Position numbers and translations under genes: made by a program. This document shows, piece by piece, positions 12,762-26,082 of a stretch of 64,000 nt of DNA. The DNA is from Curvularia clavata (Eukaryota), in assembly GCA_023920165.1 (NCBI GenBank), contig CP089276.1:496001-560000 (forward strand). The letters are read 5' to 3'. The notes under the pieces were generated by a model. The model was not told the DNA's origin. It saw nothing but the letters and a program-made list of their open reading frames with translations, and did no database searches. Positions within the stretch are counted from its first letter, which is position 1; every line of letters begins with the position of its first letter.

Positions 12762-14223
12762 ATGGCCACCGAGCTGCCCTCGTTGACAACATGGGACGGC
12801 ATCCTCTCTCACATGTTGATGGATCCGCCGCCAAAAGATGAGCCACTGCCCTTATCAAATAAGAAGGCAACCTTGTTCGGCGTCACGCTGACATTCATGG
12901 TATGTCACAGTACATCAAAAGTACTCTGTACCTAGCGTAAAGCTGACCTTGTGTAAAGATTGCAGCATGGCTCGCTGTTCTGTTCCGTCTTTGGGTGCGA
13001 GTAAGAATTGTCAAGGAAGTCGGCTGGGACGATGCCTTTGTGCTTCTCGCTCAAGTAAGTAGTTTCGTCCTCCGAAAGCAGATTTTTTAGGATAAGGTGC
13101 TGACTTCGACACAAGTTTTTCAACACTGCAGCAACAGTCCTCGTGTGTGTTTGTAAGTCGAATCATTCTCTCAAAATATTTTTGGCTGATGACTTTAGCG
13201 GTCAAATATGGATTGGGTCATCATATGTTATATATCAAATTCGACGACTTGGTTGTATATCTGAGGGTATGCATATCCACTCAGCGTTGTCACATGAAAA
13301 CTCTCGCTGACCAAACCAGCTCTATTACCTTGAAGTGGCCATATACATTACCAACTGTGCAACTATCAAAGTTGCTCTACTCCTTCAATACCTGCGCATT
13401 TTCAAAGCCGGCGCCATGCGATGGGTGTGCGTCGGTCTGCTCACTCTAGTTGTGCTTTGGGGCTCTGCATTTGCCTTCATAGCCTGGTTTCCTTGCTTTC
13501 CAGTCCGAGGTTATTGGGACCGCACCGTCCCCGCGAAATGTTACGGCTTCGGTTTTGGCGATCTGGAAGGATTTATCACCGTCTACAAGGCCCAATCCGC
13601 TACCAACATGATGTTCGATATCGCCATCTTCGTTGCACCAATGATTCTATTCCGAACACCGAACTTACGGAGGAAAAACTTGCTGGCCATGGCCGGTGTC
13701 TTCATGTTTGGAGCTATGTAAGTTGGGCTTGGTGCAATACGCAACACGCATAATACTGACTAGCAGCAGTGTTGTCGGAACAGCGATCGGACGCCTGCAC
13801 GGCATCGTAAAATCCAAAGGCGCCACCTATCCTTACGTTGACTACACCTGGTGGTCCCCCAACATGATCATCCTCTCCTGCCTTGAAATCGACCTCGCCA
13901 TCATCTGCGCCTCCATGCCCATTTTCTGGCCCATCATCGAAAGATCCTTCGCCACCATCTTCGTCAGCTACGAAGTGCAAGTGGTCGAGGAACGTGTGGA
14001 TGACTATGGACTTTCATACGAGCTCGAGCACAAGAACACAAGCGATCGAGCCAGTATCAAGAGCAGTGGGACAAGCACACGAGAGTTGACACAAGACGAC
14101 GATAATAATGGGAAGAAGCCTCAATTCAGCGTTGGATGCGACCCACTCAACGAAGAGCAGAAGAATGCCGGGTTTAGCGCAAACATCGAAACTCTTGCGT
14201 CGCCGTCTAAATGGCAACTTTGA
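12762..14223 (+). CDS. PTH11-like (fungal rhodopsin-domain) integral membrane protein, multi-exon
   Basis: Spliced segments RLWVR..GWDDAFV, KYGLGHH, IKVALLLQYLRIF, CFPVRGYWD...C, NMMFDIAIFVAPM, EIDLAIICASMP. Several short GT-AG introns between 12900 and 13770. Confidence 0.85.
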
Positions 14224-17200
14224 CATGAATGTAATTCTCTTTCTTTCGCACTGCAATGAATCCAGTCCAAGAACGCTTTGCACAAATGTGACACGCAATT
14301 GACAGCGACGGCTTAATCTACCAACGCCATCTCGCTCAGAAGACCCCAAACCGTGTATGCCTCCGGTACTTGGATCGGTACATGTCAACGCCGACCATGT
14401 GCCACTTGCGACCAAGCCTGATTGAGCGTTCCTTCGTTAGGGGATCAGCGCTTCCACCCACCTTCCCACCCACGCTAGAAATAGGTCCAAACTAGTATCC
14501 TTCCTGGGCCCCCGCGATCTGATGATCTCAATCCCGTCCCAAACTAAGCAGAAGGAAGGAAAAATACTTCCCCATTCTTTATGCCTTTTTTTCGTTTACG
14601 TTAACCTTGTTTTGCATGGGCCTTTTGGTGGAGTCCCCTGAAACGCCGTCGTTGCTGATCCGTCGTCGCCTTGTGTGTTCTGGGCGTATTGTCTCTTGGA
14701 GATCCCAGACCCCTGTTGTCTCCTGCTTTGCACGTTTTTGAGGGGGAAAGAGAGTTTGGTGGCTTGATGGTATACGCACGTAAAGGTAGTTTCAGCAGCT
14801 AGAACGTCTTGATGAGGCCGCTTTCGCGACGGGTACAGTACACGATAACCATCGATGGAAACGGAATCTCGCCATTGCATAGCATTGGAGGATCGGTGGG
14901 GGAAGATTAGCAGTAGTTAGACATAGCTCTATCCACTACATGGATCAACTGCGCGAGCATCATGCCTATCTTGGACCGAGCGATGAACATCGGATCAGGC
15001 GTCCTGAGCTTGATCTACCGATCTACCCGTTGCGTTCTTCTGGCGATGTACCTGTTCGTGGGCACTAGGCATGGGAATCACTGTGCATTGCCGGGGCCAA
15101 GACACTACATATAGGCATACATCCCCAGCTGTTCCTATGATGAGCTTTGGTTTATATATTGCAGTGAAAGGTACTACAATCGCCACGCAGTTTACTAGTC
15201 CAGGTCACTTCAACCAAGTTGTGAAGTTTTGCTCAAACTACGTCTCTCCTTGTGCGGCTGTTCTCACCTCCTCCTGGTAGAGCAGCTCTACCAGGACCAC
15301 CGCTTATACTTTGTTCAGTTTCTGGTTCCGGTGGTTCGTCGGGTAGTATCTCCGCCAATGAAGAATCCGTGAATTGACCTCGAACATACACAGTGCTTGA
15401 GAAAAAGCAATTGTCTCTCCATCTTAGCATCATATTAAAAGTAAAGCATCTTTCGCTTACGGAAACTCCGCCATAGAGACATCATTTTAGCAACCAGAAT
15501 TTTTCGACTATCTCTATACTCTGCTTCATTGTTCGTCATTACTTTTCCTAGTACTGGATAGGATCATCAGCGCGTCTGGTGCGCAGATTGCTTGTTACTT
15601 GATACCTGACGGGAAATGGTAGCTGAGGAAGCCATTGAACCCCTTTCGCTTACCTTACGCGTGGTTTTCTCTAGCTCTTTTATGCTTTTTCTGTGGCGGT
15701 TTTCCTATGTCTGGGCATCGATCGTACACCTGCAAACGCCACTTTCAGCGTGGCGTACACCTCCTATTGCCGCGTCCTCTAGCTCATATGCTGGTGGAGA
15801 TCGAAAGCACTGTCTATACAATCCTCGTGTCGATATTATATGGTCGAAACAGCTTTTGCCCAAAGGTGTACGCGTTCATCTTTGACGCGATAGTGACGGT
15901 AAACGCCAGTTCATGGATAGCGTACCATGAAAAACTGCCGGTTTATCTATTTGACGCAGGTGAACTTTCGGTTTTCAGGTACGCCTACAAAGTAACAGGT
16001 GAATAGATGAGGGTGTGGTCACTAATAGTATGGTTGACTAGTCCAGCTGCCGAACAGAGCGATGCGTAATACTTGGTTCTTCATAGCACTACGTTCCCCA
16101 TGAAACGACGATGCGCTTTTTTTATCCCCTGCCTTGCTGAAAATTCCGCTGTAAAGCAACTCGGCATATCCGAAGTAAAGGAATGGTGCGCGTTTCAACT
16201 TGACGTTTACTACTGCTATGGTCGCACAGACCCGTCTACCAGGTTCATGGGTGTGCCAAAGCATCCAGAGTAGCAGTATTCAGACATGGTATCCTTGAAA
16301 GAATGTTTGCTCATCGAAGATTGCCAGAACATCGTGTATTTCACATCTTTTGATGTGCATAGACATATGATTCCTCTGTAAAGTGTGTCGCTCTTTTCTT
16401 GGCCGCCCTTCAATCTCGTTCATGACCCGAAAACATTTCCCTAGATTTTTTTTGTGCCCTGATAATGAGAGCAGGGACTTCTTCGCTACCAGAATCAATG
16501 ATACTGTGCCCTGGAGTTCGAACGTACAGCCCCTACATACATTTTTGTGGAGCTATTCGTGATAGTCAGGTAACTACGAAAATCTCTATAAGATTAAATT
16601 GTAGGGAGAGAACATAAAACAGAAAGCTGAGAAGCTGTCGGGACGCAAAGGTTAGGTGAAAGTACGATCAATCTTACTGGGTCACATCTGCATCGCGAAG
16701 ATTTAGAATGATCGACCAATCACGAAGCTACAGTGGTTGCATCAATCATAGCTTTGCATCCTATGTATCGAGAAAAGCAATATCTAAGATCGGGTTGCTT
16801 TCGCTGTAACTGCGATCGCGATCCTGCAAAGAATCGCAACACTACCTGGATTAAACAGGCCTAGTGCGATTTCCAGTACACTCTGACGCTTGCTAGTTTC
16901 ACTCAGGGATATTAATACTGATGGTTCTAGGCTAAGATTTCGTGGTGCTTGTACGCACGATGCGCGTTGAGGAACCGGATGCGGCTGTAATGTTCGTTAC
17001 AACAAGGGCTTGCCTAGTTAGGTAAGTGAGAACTAGAGTTCTCCCACCTTTCTTTGTCTTCTGCTTGATACATACACATCCGTTCTAAGTGTTTGTTTTG
17101 AGAGTGATCTTCGCATACTACTCTCGATGAAGCGGTAATTTCGCCTGTTAAAGCTTCATATTCGTTCAATGCTTTGGCGTCTTCTTGCCGAACTTTTGAA

Positions 17201-17408
17201 TAAGACCACGCAGCAAAGTACACTGATACAACTAACAAAACATTACAATACTTCCTAAAGGTCCTCTACTCGACACAATTGTTTAATCATAAGGCTATCT
17301 GGAATTTCTTTCCTTACACAAAATACGACTTACAAACAATAGCCCCACTCAGCCTAAAAGGGTCTCACCGTTCGTGTCTTACATCCAGAAACTTCTAATC
17401 CTCTGACA

Positions 17409-18700
17409 ATGGCCTCGCCCCCAAGCGGTCGCGTTATCATAGATTCTACTGGAGATGCACTAGTAACTCTAAACAACTCGGGTGTGGCCTTTGGTGCTTG
17501 GAATGAGCCCCTGTATATTGCAGACAACTCTGGAGATACAAGAACAGAGGGTTTTGGTGACGATTTTGCTTGCAGAGAGGAAAGGGACGGAGCGGAATCA
17601 CCCAGTTGGATGAAATGGGGCGAGACATTGAAGCATGATGAACGAGAGCAGCCTGAGCCGCAAGACCATCCACAAGTTCCTTCACTCTCGGATTCATGGA
17701 TCCAGAAAAGTTCAGCTGCAACAGACTCAGTCGAACTCGACGCTTCAACCGCCATCGTCTACCAGGTTTCGTTAGCGCATCTCGCAACAGCCTCACCAAC
17801 ATTCAGGATGGAGCTGCAATCCTGTAGGAAACACCAGAAAGACCACGACGGCTTCTCTCGATTGGAATGCTCTGATTGGGATCCTGAGGCCTTCGAAATA
17901 TTACTCAACACATTACATACTCGCTACCGACGAGTGCCAAAACAGCTTACATTAGAGCTGCTTGCCAAAGTAGCTGTCATGGTTGAACACTACAAATGTT
18001 GGGAGGCTTTCGAACCAATATCTCAGACGTGGATCAGGCATGTTCGTGTACACCATCCGATGCCTTCAGCCTACTGTAGGGAGCTGATGCTGTGGATGTT
18101 GATTGCCTGGGTATTCAAGCTGCCGAAAGAATTCACCAAGACCACCACGTTAGCGTTGCAACAGTGTACGGAGTCGAGAATACAAGATATGGGGTTGGTA
18201 ATCCCACCATCGATACTTCGTGTGTAATAGCAAAGCTACGATTGTGTGCAGAATACTGACATTAAGCAGAGGCGCTGGAAAATCGACGCTTACGAGTCAT
18301 CGAGGAAATCATAGAAACGTTTAACAAGTGGATCGATGAGTTTAGCGACACCTACATTTGTAAGGTGGATGCGAATTTGACCTTCGAGTGCAGCTCCATA
18401 TTGCTTGGTGCGCTCATGAAGCAGATGAGGAATATTGGTATCTTGTCTCTGAGGGCAGTTGCGCCATTCGATGGCTTCAGCATCGAGAACGTATACGAGA
18501 GTGTGAAGATGTTGAAATCACCAATATGGGAAACATATGACGAGATCAACGAGCTTTATCCCATAAAGCACTCATGTGGCTTCCAGGGAACGATCGTGCG
18601 GGACGTCGAACATATCCTAGCGAGGGTGAAGGGACTGTCGCTCAATGATTTCCTGAATTACAGCGAAGGTATGGATGAGCTCACTCTTGGCTGTGCATAG
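17409..18700 (+). CDS. Fungal BTB/POZ-like domain protein
   Basis: IIDSTGDALVTL, YQVSLAHLATASPTF, DWDPEAFEILLN.LH, LAKVAVMVEHYKC, WMLIAWVF. Intron at about 18221-18269 links to a C-terminal exon with CSSILLGAL. Confidence 0.78.
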
Positions 18701-19303
18701 AAACGACTGGAAAGTGGCTCGTTTGCGCTTAGTTACCTGATCATCGCTTCGTATATATCCAATCTTATGGCAAAATATCTGATAATGACTAGCCTATCAC
18801 TTGAATATAATATATTTAGTTTTCCTCATGCTGTTCACCGAAAATAGCCGCCTTCGTTTGCTTTACAGACATACAGAATGAACTATGTGGCGCCCTCGAC
18901 TAGTAGCATATGTCTTATGCTAAATTTCTCTACGCAAGGACATCTTTACACGTCTACTTGCTAACATAGACAAGGCCGGTATATAGAGACTTCCAAAGAT
19001 TGGTTGGGATACGAGTATGATAGTGAGGCTAGAGTTTCATAATCGAGGGTTGTGGTGCTAGTATCTAGAAAGTGCTAAATGTCATTACCTTATCATCACC
19101 GTTTGTTATGCGCACGCTCACACCTAATGGTTACTGATTGGTAAGAAAGCAAACGAACTTAACTGATGCATCGTTAGGTCGCTACCAGCGAGAGCATTGC
19201 GATCCAATACTGGGTTTGTAGCGTTCTTCTTTAACAAACCTTCGAACCTCTGCAACCTACCGCCTTCCCACAAACCCAGCCAAGAGCAAATACTTCAGTA
19301 ACG

Positions 19304-19985
19304 ATGGAGGGCAACAACATCGACGGCCCCGGCAATCTTGGCGTGAGGTAAGCAGAAATTGGTAATGTAGTATAACAACAGGGCGATGCTGATAAGAACA
19401 AGTGCTGCTATTACGCCAGATGTGGTTGTCATCAAGGTCGGACCCGGCCATAGAGTTTACCGCTTGCACAAGCAACTTCTGGTTTACCACTCTGAGCGAT
19501 TTCGGCAGTTGTTGACCGGATATCCACATTCAGATATCACGCTGACCCATACCTACGCCGAGGTATTCGATGTTTTTGTACTGTGGCTCTACGAAAAAAG
19601 GCTTCCCATAGGTATCAACGTTGGTTCATGTTGGGTCCTGACAGAGGCCTACGTACTCGCAGATTTCCTATCAGTAAACCACTTTAAGGCGGTGTTGATC
19701 GATCGGATCTATACCGTCTTTTTCTACACTAACGGTTACCTGGATACGACCGGAGTATGCAGACTTTTTGGAGTTTTGCCAGAAGGCGATCCGTTGCTTC
19801 GACTAGTTGTGGATGCATTCTGTGTCAACAATGGCATTCAGAGTTTGGACGTGGTTGAGTTGGCGAGGATTGAGGAGTTGCCCAAGGAATATCTTGCTCA
19901 AGTACTGCGCAAGCTTCACGAGCTTAGTCAACTGCCAGAAGAGGATAGGAAGCTCCGCCGTGCGGACTACATCGGGTATGTTTAA
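19304..19985 (+). CDS. BTB/POZ domain protein
   Basis: VVVIKVG....YRLHKQLL.YHSERF, FDVFVLWLY, AYVLADFL, DPLLRLVVD. Short first exon from ATG 19304 with a GTAAGC donor at about 19348. Confidence 0.8.
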
Positions 19986-20514
19986 GAAGTGAGGCTCGTT
20001 CCACCAGTCTCAAGAGAACAGTGGTGAAGGGAGGTCTCGGATAGGGTGGTGGACCGCAACGCTTAACTATCGATGGAGTGAAAGAAGTCAATTCATTTGA
20101 GAGGGGCCACTCAGTCCATGGAAAAATTCAAGTTGTATAGGGAGTATGAGTAGAAGCGAGGTTGTCTTTCCGCAAATGCCCCGATATTGTGATGACATAA
20201 GTGAGGCTCCGGTGCCTTGGCTAGCGCCACGCTACGAGCTTCCCCAGCGCCATTCGTCATTTCCTACGAGCAACCCAACCTTCACAGCAGGTGCCGTTCC
20301 TTCAACATAATCCTTCGCGGCCCCGCAAAACGCTCTTACATTAGCTTGTTGGCCTAGGTGGTCTACCAAACAAACACACAAACGTTGCGTATTCGCGATC
20401 TAACTAACCGACCTGTTCCTATTAATTCACAGCCGTCTGGTGAGTCGATAGTCCGTGGAATTGATAGCATGTACTGACGTGTATCAGCCAGCTTATCGGA
20501 TACCTACCGCGACC

Positions 20515-21497
20515 ATGTCCGACGTAGAGATTGAGCAGAAGCGCGAAGAAGACGAGCGTCTCGATACCGCGGAAGATCCGAATGAGGAGGTACGGCCCAA
20601 ACCACTTCGTACACGTGGAAGACACCTGCCAGCAGTCGCCCATATCCGGCGCAATGCGCGCGTCTAGAAACGAGTCCAATAGAGACATATACTGACACTG
20701 CCATGCAGGAAGAAATCTCCGCAATGAGGCGCCGCGTCCAGGAGATGGAGGAAGAAGCACAGAAGCTGCGTCAAATGCAGCAAGCCATCGACAACGAGCG
20801 ACACGAGATGCGCGAGAGCAAAGAAGACGTTGATGCGCGGAGTGTCTTTGTCGGAAACGTGGACTACGGCGCAAGCCCGGAAGAGATTCAGGCACATTTC
20901 CAGAGCATTGGTAGCATCAACCGTGTCACCATCTTGCTCGACAAGTTCACCGGACATCCTAAAGGGTCAGTACTAAGAGGGGGTTTTCTTTGAAGATTTG
21001 CGCGTTGTTGTGCTCATGTGTTGATTGCGCGCAATGAGTCGCATGACACCCGAATCGCCGTCGCGCTGATTTACTTTCTGTCCTTGGAAATTTCCGATAT
21101 CATCTTTCGCTACCTGGCAAGAGTTTGGCAGAAAGACCGTAACGCTAATGAGCGTATGCAGGTATGCTTATGTGGAGTTCACAGAACCCCATTTGGTCAA
21201 TGAGGCCCTAGTTCTTGACAACAGTCAATTCCGGAACCGCAACCTGAAGGTATGGCAGCAGAACCATGTCGCCTTGTTCTTCGGACGCTAATTCAGACTC
21301 AGGTTGTCCCCAAGCGAACGAACCTTCCAGGTATGACACGAGGCGGACGCGGCGGCCGAGGTGGCTCTCGGGGTGGATATGGTGGCCGTGGCTCGCCATA
21401 CGGACGTGGAGGATATGGTTATGGTGCTCCCCGAGGAGGTGGCTACCGAGGCGGATATCGTGGAGGTCGCGGAGGATCCGCGTACCGTCCTTACTAG
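20515..21497 (+). CDS. PAB2: Nuclear poly(A)-binding protein 2 (PABPN1/Pab2 ortholog)
   Basis: Coiled coil [31 protein letters not shown]...[32 protein letters not shown] tail ending in PY. Introns 20590-20708, 20966-21161 and 21250-21302. Confidence 0.93.
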
Positions 21498-22231
21498 ATT
21501 TCGATACCATCACACATCGGTCCGCTTTGGATTTTCATTTACTTTCTCGAAAGGAAGGTTGATATAAGGGCACACATGAAATTGGAATGGAGTCGCGGTG
21601 AACCTTTACAAGAATAGGGAGCTTTGTACTATACCACAAAACGTCCGTTGGGGGAAATGCAGCTTGAGACGTGCAGGTTTGTCCTGATCTCCACCGTCCG
21701 GGCATCTTTCTTTTCAAGGATCAGGCAGTTTTAATACATTTTTCGGTAACGTTTGTTGAGAGATCAAGATCTCATATGGCTATCTATTTCGTTCGAGACA
21801 ATAGTGGATGATACTCTAAAAGCAGTACGGCGGGTATATCAGAAGAGATGAGGTGTCATAGCCCAGAGGAGGCTTTCGACTAATGAAACCCATCTGGACT
21901 AGAAAATCATATTCCAGACGCCAGGACCCGTCATGATAGCGTCAGAGATGCCCCACATTGATCGCGCTGAAGCAAAGAAACAAAACAATTTAATCAAAAG
22001 CAGATCGCCTGATTTTCTGACCGTCCAACTACCGGGTACCACGTCTTCGAGAAGCACAGATCCTCAAACCAGCCTATCCTCTAGTTGCAATGCTGACGGT
22101 ATGGTGTCTACCGCGGCCTTCTCAGCAAAAAGATGCATATCCCATAAACGCCGCTGCTTGGGCTTCCTTCAGCCACGCAGCACCTGCTTTTGCGCCTCTA
22201 TTCACTCATGTCGCGTGTTATAATCGAGACC

Positions 22232-22864
22232 CTATGGTGCCGGATTCTCCTTGACAATCTGCCTGACCTTGCGCTCGTATGCGGCCTTATCCTTCTTGAA
22301 CAGGTTGAAGGCGTCGGCTTGCGCTGGGGACTCGGGGTTGGGTTCGTCGAGTAGTGATTGGATACCCAGTAGAATTTCCTTGATGTTTATCGCAGGCTTC
22401 CAGCCTTCTTCTTCGTTGAGGATGGAGAGGCAGACGGTGCCGGAGGGGTAGACATTTGGGTGAAATAGCGGAGGCACGAATTTACCTAGAAATCAACACG
22501 TTAGTTATGAGTTTTTTTGGCGGCGTCACTAGAAATGCGTTGTCGGAGGTCGTGAGAGCAAGCGCCCCAGACTAAAGGAGTAAAACGCACACTTTGGTGG
22601 CTTCGTCGGGTACTCATCTGGAAATGTGACCTCGAGCTTGAACAGTCCGCCTTCCCAGATAGTCTTTTCCTTGCCGGGTACACCGCAATCCCACTTCTTA
22701 AGGTCCATCATCCCGTTGGCGCCGCGCATGGGCTTTGCGAAAAAGCCGAAGGGATGATCTCGTCGCCATGACTTCCTGAGTCGCCGTCAGCAAAGACAAA
22801 ATAAAGTGAAGGCACGCATGTGCACATACCTCTCTTCCGAGAGCCGATTGATGCAGAGAGACAT
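22232..22864 (-). CDS. UBC9: SUMO-conjugating enzyme Ubc9
   Basis: [64 protein letters not shown]. Two introns. Confidence 0.96.
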
Positions 22865-23344
22865 TGTGGATGTGACTGGAAGTGCGGCGTTTGCGCCTGA
22901 GCTCTGGGGTATCGGGTTCTATTTGGGTGTTGATAAGAAAGTGGCGTATTTTTCGCGACAGGCGGGTTGTAGATCGTCAATGGCAAGTGGCAGGAAGCGC
23001 TTACGTCGGAGCTATATACAGGCGGCCAACGTTGGTGAAGGTGAGCGGAAGCGGAACGAAGAAAGGTGAAGTTGCGCTGCGTGTGCACGTGACTGACAAC
23101 AATTGTCTCCCCGGGCGCGCCACCGCGTTGGGATTGTCCGCTCAGTTCTGGCCTAGATCCCAGCCTTGGATCTTGCCCCGCGCTAAAGGTGTGTCCCCGC
23201 TTATGTGAGTGAGGATGCTTGTCACTGGAAGCCGAGGCTGGCATGGCACATGCATATCACGCGTACCCTTTATCCTTAACCCTTCCACTGAGGCGCTTTT
23301 CATTGCTTGTTTACCTGACCGCCTGAAATTGAGCGTGCGCAAGT

Positions 23345-24404
23345 ATGGCGGACACGACTGCGAGAAAAGAAGAAGAGCCCCAGCCAGCTAAAGCGACACC
23401 GGCCACGACTGCCCCTCCACCTCCACCCGAGGTAGCATCAGACCCAGAGGAAGACGACCTCTCTGACCTAGACGATGTGCTGGACGAATTCGCAAATACT
23501 AAACTCGATGCCAAAGCACCGACAGCCTCATCGATAGCAGCCTCGTACCCCAAGTCTGGCGACGCGCCCTCATCCTCCGGCCCGGGCAGGCCGCCCGAGG
23601 ATGTCTCGCCTGCAGAATTGTTGCTTGACGACCAAGACGAGTTCCAGAAGCAGCTGCAAAAAGAAATGGAGCAGCTCCTCGGGCAAGGCGACTTTCAGAA
23701 GCAATTCGAAGACATTATGAAGGAGATGAGTGAAGAGATGGGTGGCGCAAATCCTCTGGATGCAGCTGGACATGCGCAAGGGGCCGAGGACCCAGCAGCG
23801 CCCTCATCGACTGCGAAGGAGACGGCCGCAAAAGCCGAGAAGAGCTTCCAGGAGACGATCAAAAAGACAATGGAGCGCATGCAATCTTCGTCCGATACCG
23901 CCGCCTCCGCTGCTGCGTCTTCATCGCAAGACGATATCCTGGCGCAAATGCTTGCATCCATGGAGTCGGGCGGGTTTGGAGGTGAGGGAAGTGACGAGGA
24001 CTTTAGCAAGGTGCTCATGAGCATGATGGAGCAGCTCACGAACAAGGACATTTTGTATGAGCCAATGAAGGAACTGGACGATAAGTTTCCAAAGTGGATG
24101 GAAGAGAACAAGGCCAAGGTGGACAAGGATGACTTGAAGAGATACCAAGAGCAGCAGACGTTGGTCCGAGAAATCGTGGGCAGGTTTGAGAGAAAGGGCT
24201 ACAGTGACGACAACGCTCAGGACAGGGAATATATCGTTGAGAGGATGCAAAAGGTATGTCTTTGCTCCAAGAATACATGGTGTCGTATTTTCTAACAAAT
24301 TACAGATGCAAGCCGCTGGTTCTCCGCCACCGGATCTGGTCGGCGACATGAATGCAGCTCAAGAAGCACTGCAGGATATTGACCAGGGTTGTCCCACACA
24401 ATAA
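23345..24404 (+). CDS. PEX19: Peroxin Pex19 (PMP import receptor)
   Basis: DDLSDLDDVLDEF Pex3-binding motif, MMEQLTNKDILYEPMKEL, MQAAGSPPPDL, C-terminal CaaX CPTQ. Intron 24253-24306. Confidence 0.95.
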
Positions 24405-24592
24405 AATCTCTGTGTGGTTGCCCGTCCACTTCTTTCTTCCCAGATACCCATCCAATGCACCATGACGATGTGTGGTAACCTGCCCCATATACATACAATA
24501 CAAATATACAATGCCCCCGATATCGTTGTTTCTGAGAAGCATCTACGAGAGCATTTCATGCGTCCACTACAACTGTCTAACCAAGATGTGTC

Positions 24593-25327
24593 TTAACAAT
24601 CCATCATCTCCATATCCATCTGATCCTCACTCTGGAAGTCGTTTATTGCCGTCTGAGACTGCTGGTGATATTGGCCTTCTTCTGCCATGGCGCACTCCAT
24701 GAATATTGAATCATAGTCCTCATCGTCGCTACCATAGTGCTGTGAGGGCGTGTCTGATTCCTGCTCCATTGACGCAATCAGCTGTTGAAGCTCGTACTCC
24801 TCTTGGGCAGCGATGTAGTCAGCCTCGGTCATGGTGGGTTCGACACGTGGCGAGTTGTCAGGAAGCGTAGGCAGTGGCGCGTCTTCGTCAGGTTCTTCGA
24901 TGATGTCGTCATTTGCAGGCGGTGCCTGACGCGCCTTCTCTGCTTCCCAACGCTTGCGTTCTGATACGAAGTCCAGCTGCTGGATCTGTGTCGCCAATTA
25001 GCTTCTGGTTTCCTAAACGCGTTGTAATCAGCCACGTACCTGCTCCCCTCGTGACTCCCATTTCTTGTCGTCGCGGTTGTTTTGTACCCTCCTGAAGAAC
25101 ATGTCCCTCCGTCTCTTTGTGGCAGCATCGCGCGATTGCATTACTGGATTGGATTTGTATGCGCGCTGAGGCATTGCTGACTGTTCCTTGATGGGTGAAG
25201 ACATGGAGAAATTGAAGATCTGATGTTGCACATTCGCAGAGCGCTCAGATAATGGTGACGATCGCGGTGGCGTGTACGAAGAGTAATGCGGCATTTGGTG
25301 CGAATAGGGTGAGCTTGTGAGTAGCAT
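24593..25327 (-). CDS. Conserved fungal hypothetical protein (RR..F..V...R.DK.W motif, acidic YGSDDEDYD tail)
   Basis: Two ORFs joined by intron 25039-24986 (GTACGT..CTAAT..CAG). Coherent amino-acid composition. Confidence 0.72.
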
Positions 25328-26082
25328 TTTGTGAAATGATTGTTTCGAGTTGCCGCGGTGTTTAGGTATGGGAGAGGTGATGAGAAGGTACGAATGATGT
25401 TGAAGTATGAGGGGTTCTAGTCTATGGACGCGGTTCGGAGGCGAAGTAGACGCGAAAGGACGCGCGCCGAAGGCACGGTGGTCCGTGCTGCTTATCGATA
25501 AACTTATGCACAGTACAGTTGAACCGAGCCGAGTCAGTGACCCTTTTCATTGACGGAAATGCAATTAGGGTTTTTCCAAACAAGGCTGTCTATAAAGGCC
25601 TGCCAATTCGATCCGCGCGTTAGTAGCCTGAAGTCTGCAAGCAACATGTTAAGACACTTTCGCTTCTCGACTACTATCCTCGTACATACGGGGAGTCTCC
25701 ATGGAACGCTGAGTTTGGCACTCATGATGTCAGAGTAATTCCTCTGAGATCCACCCCAGTGCACTAGACGAGCCTAGCGTGCGGTTTGCCACTGAAAGTA
25801 CCGATATGTTCAATGCCCATCTCACATTGCGATGAGGCCACGAACGTCGGGCCCACCTCCTCGAGCCAGAAGCCGGAACTACGCTAGTGCTGTCAGGTGT
25901 GGTCGAGATCGTTCCTTTGGCGTGGCGAGAGCAAACTTGCGACTGTACGCCCCACGATGCCCAGCATTCGGTAAACAACACTACCTCCGCCCCTTCTCAA
26001 ACTCCAAAGAATAGGACATGGGTTTTGGGAAGTTCGTCAACGTCACTTGCCTGCCCTGGCACATTAAATCGCGTCTGTCACC

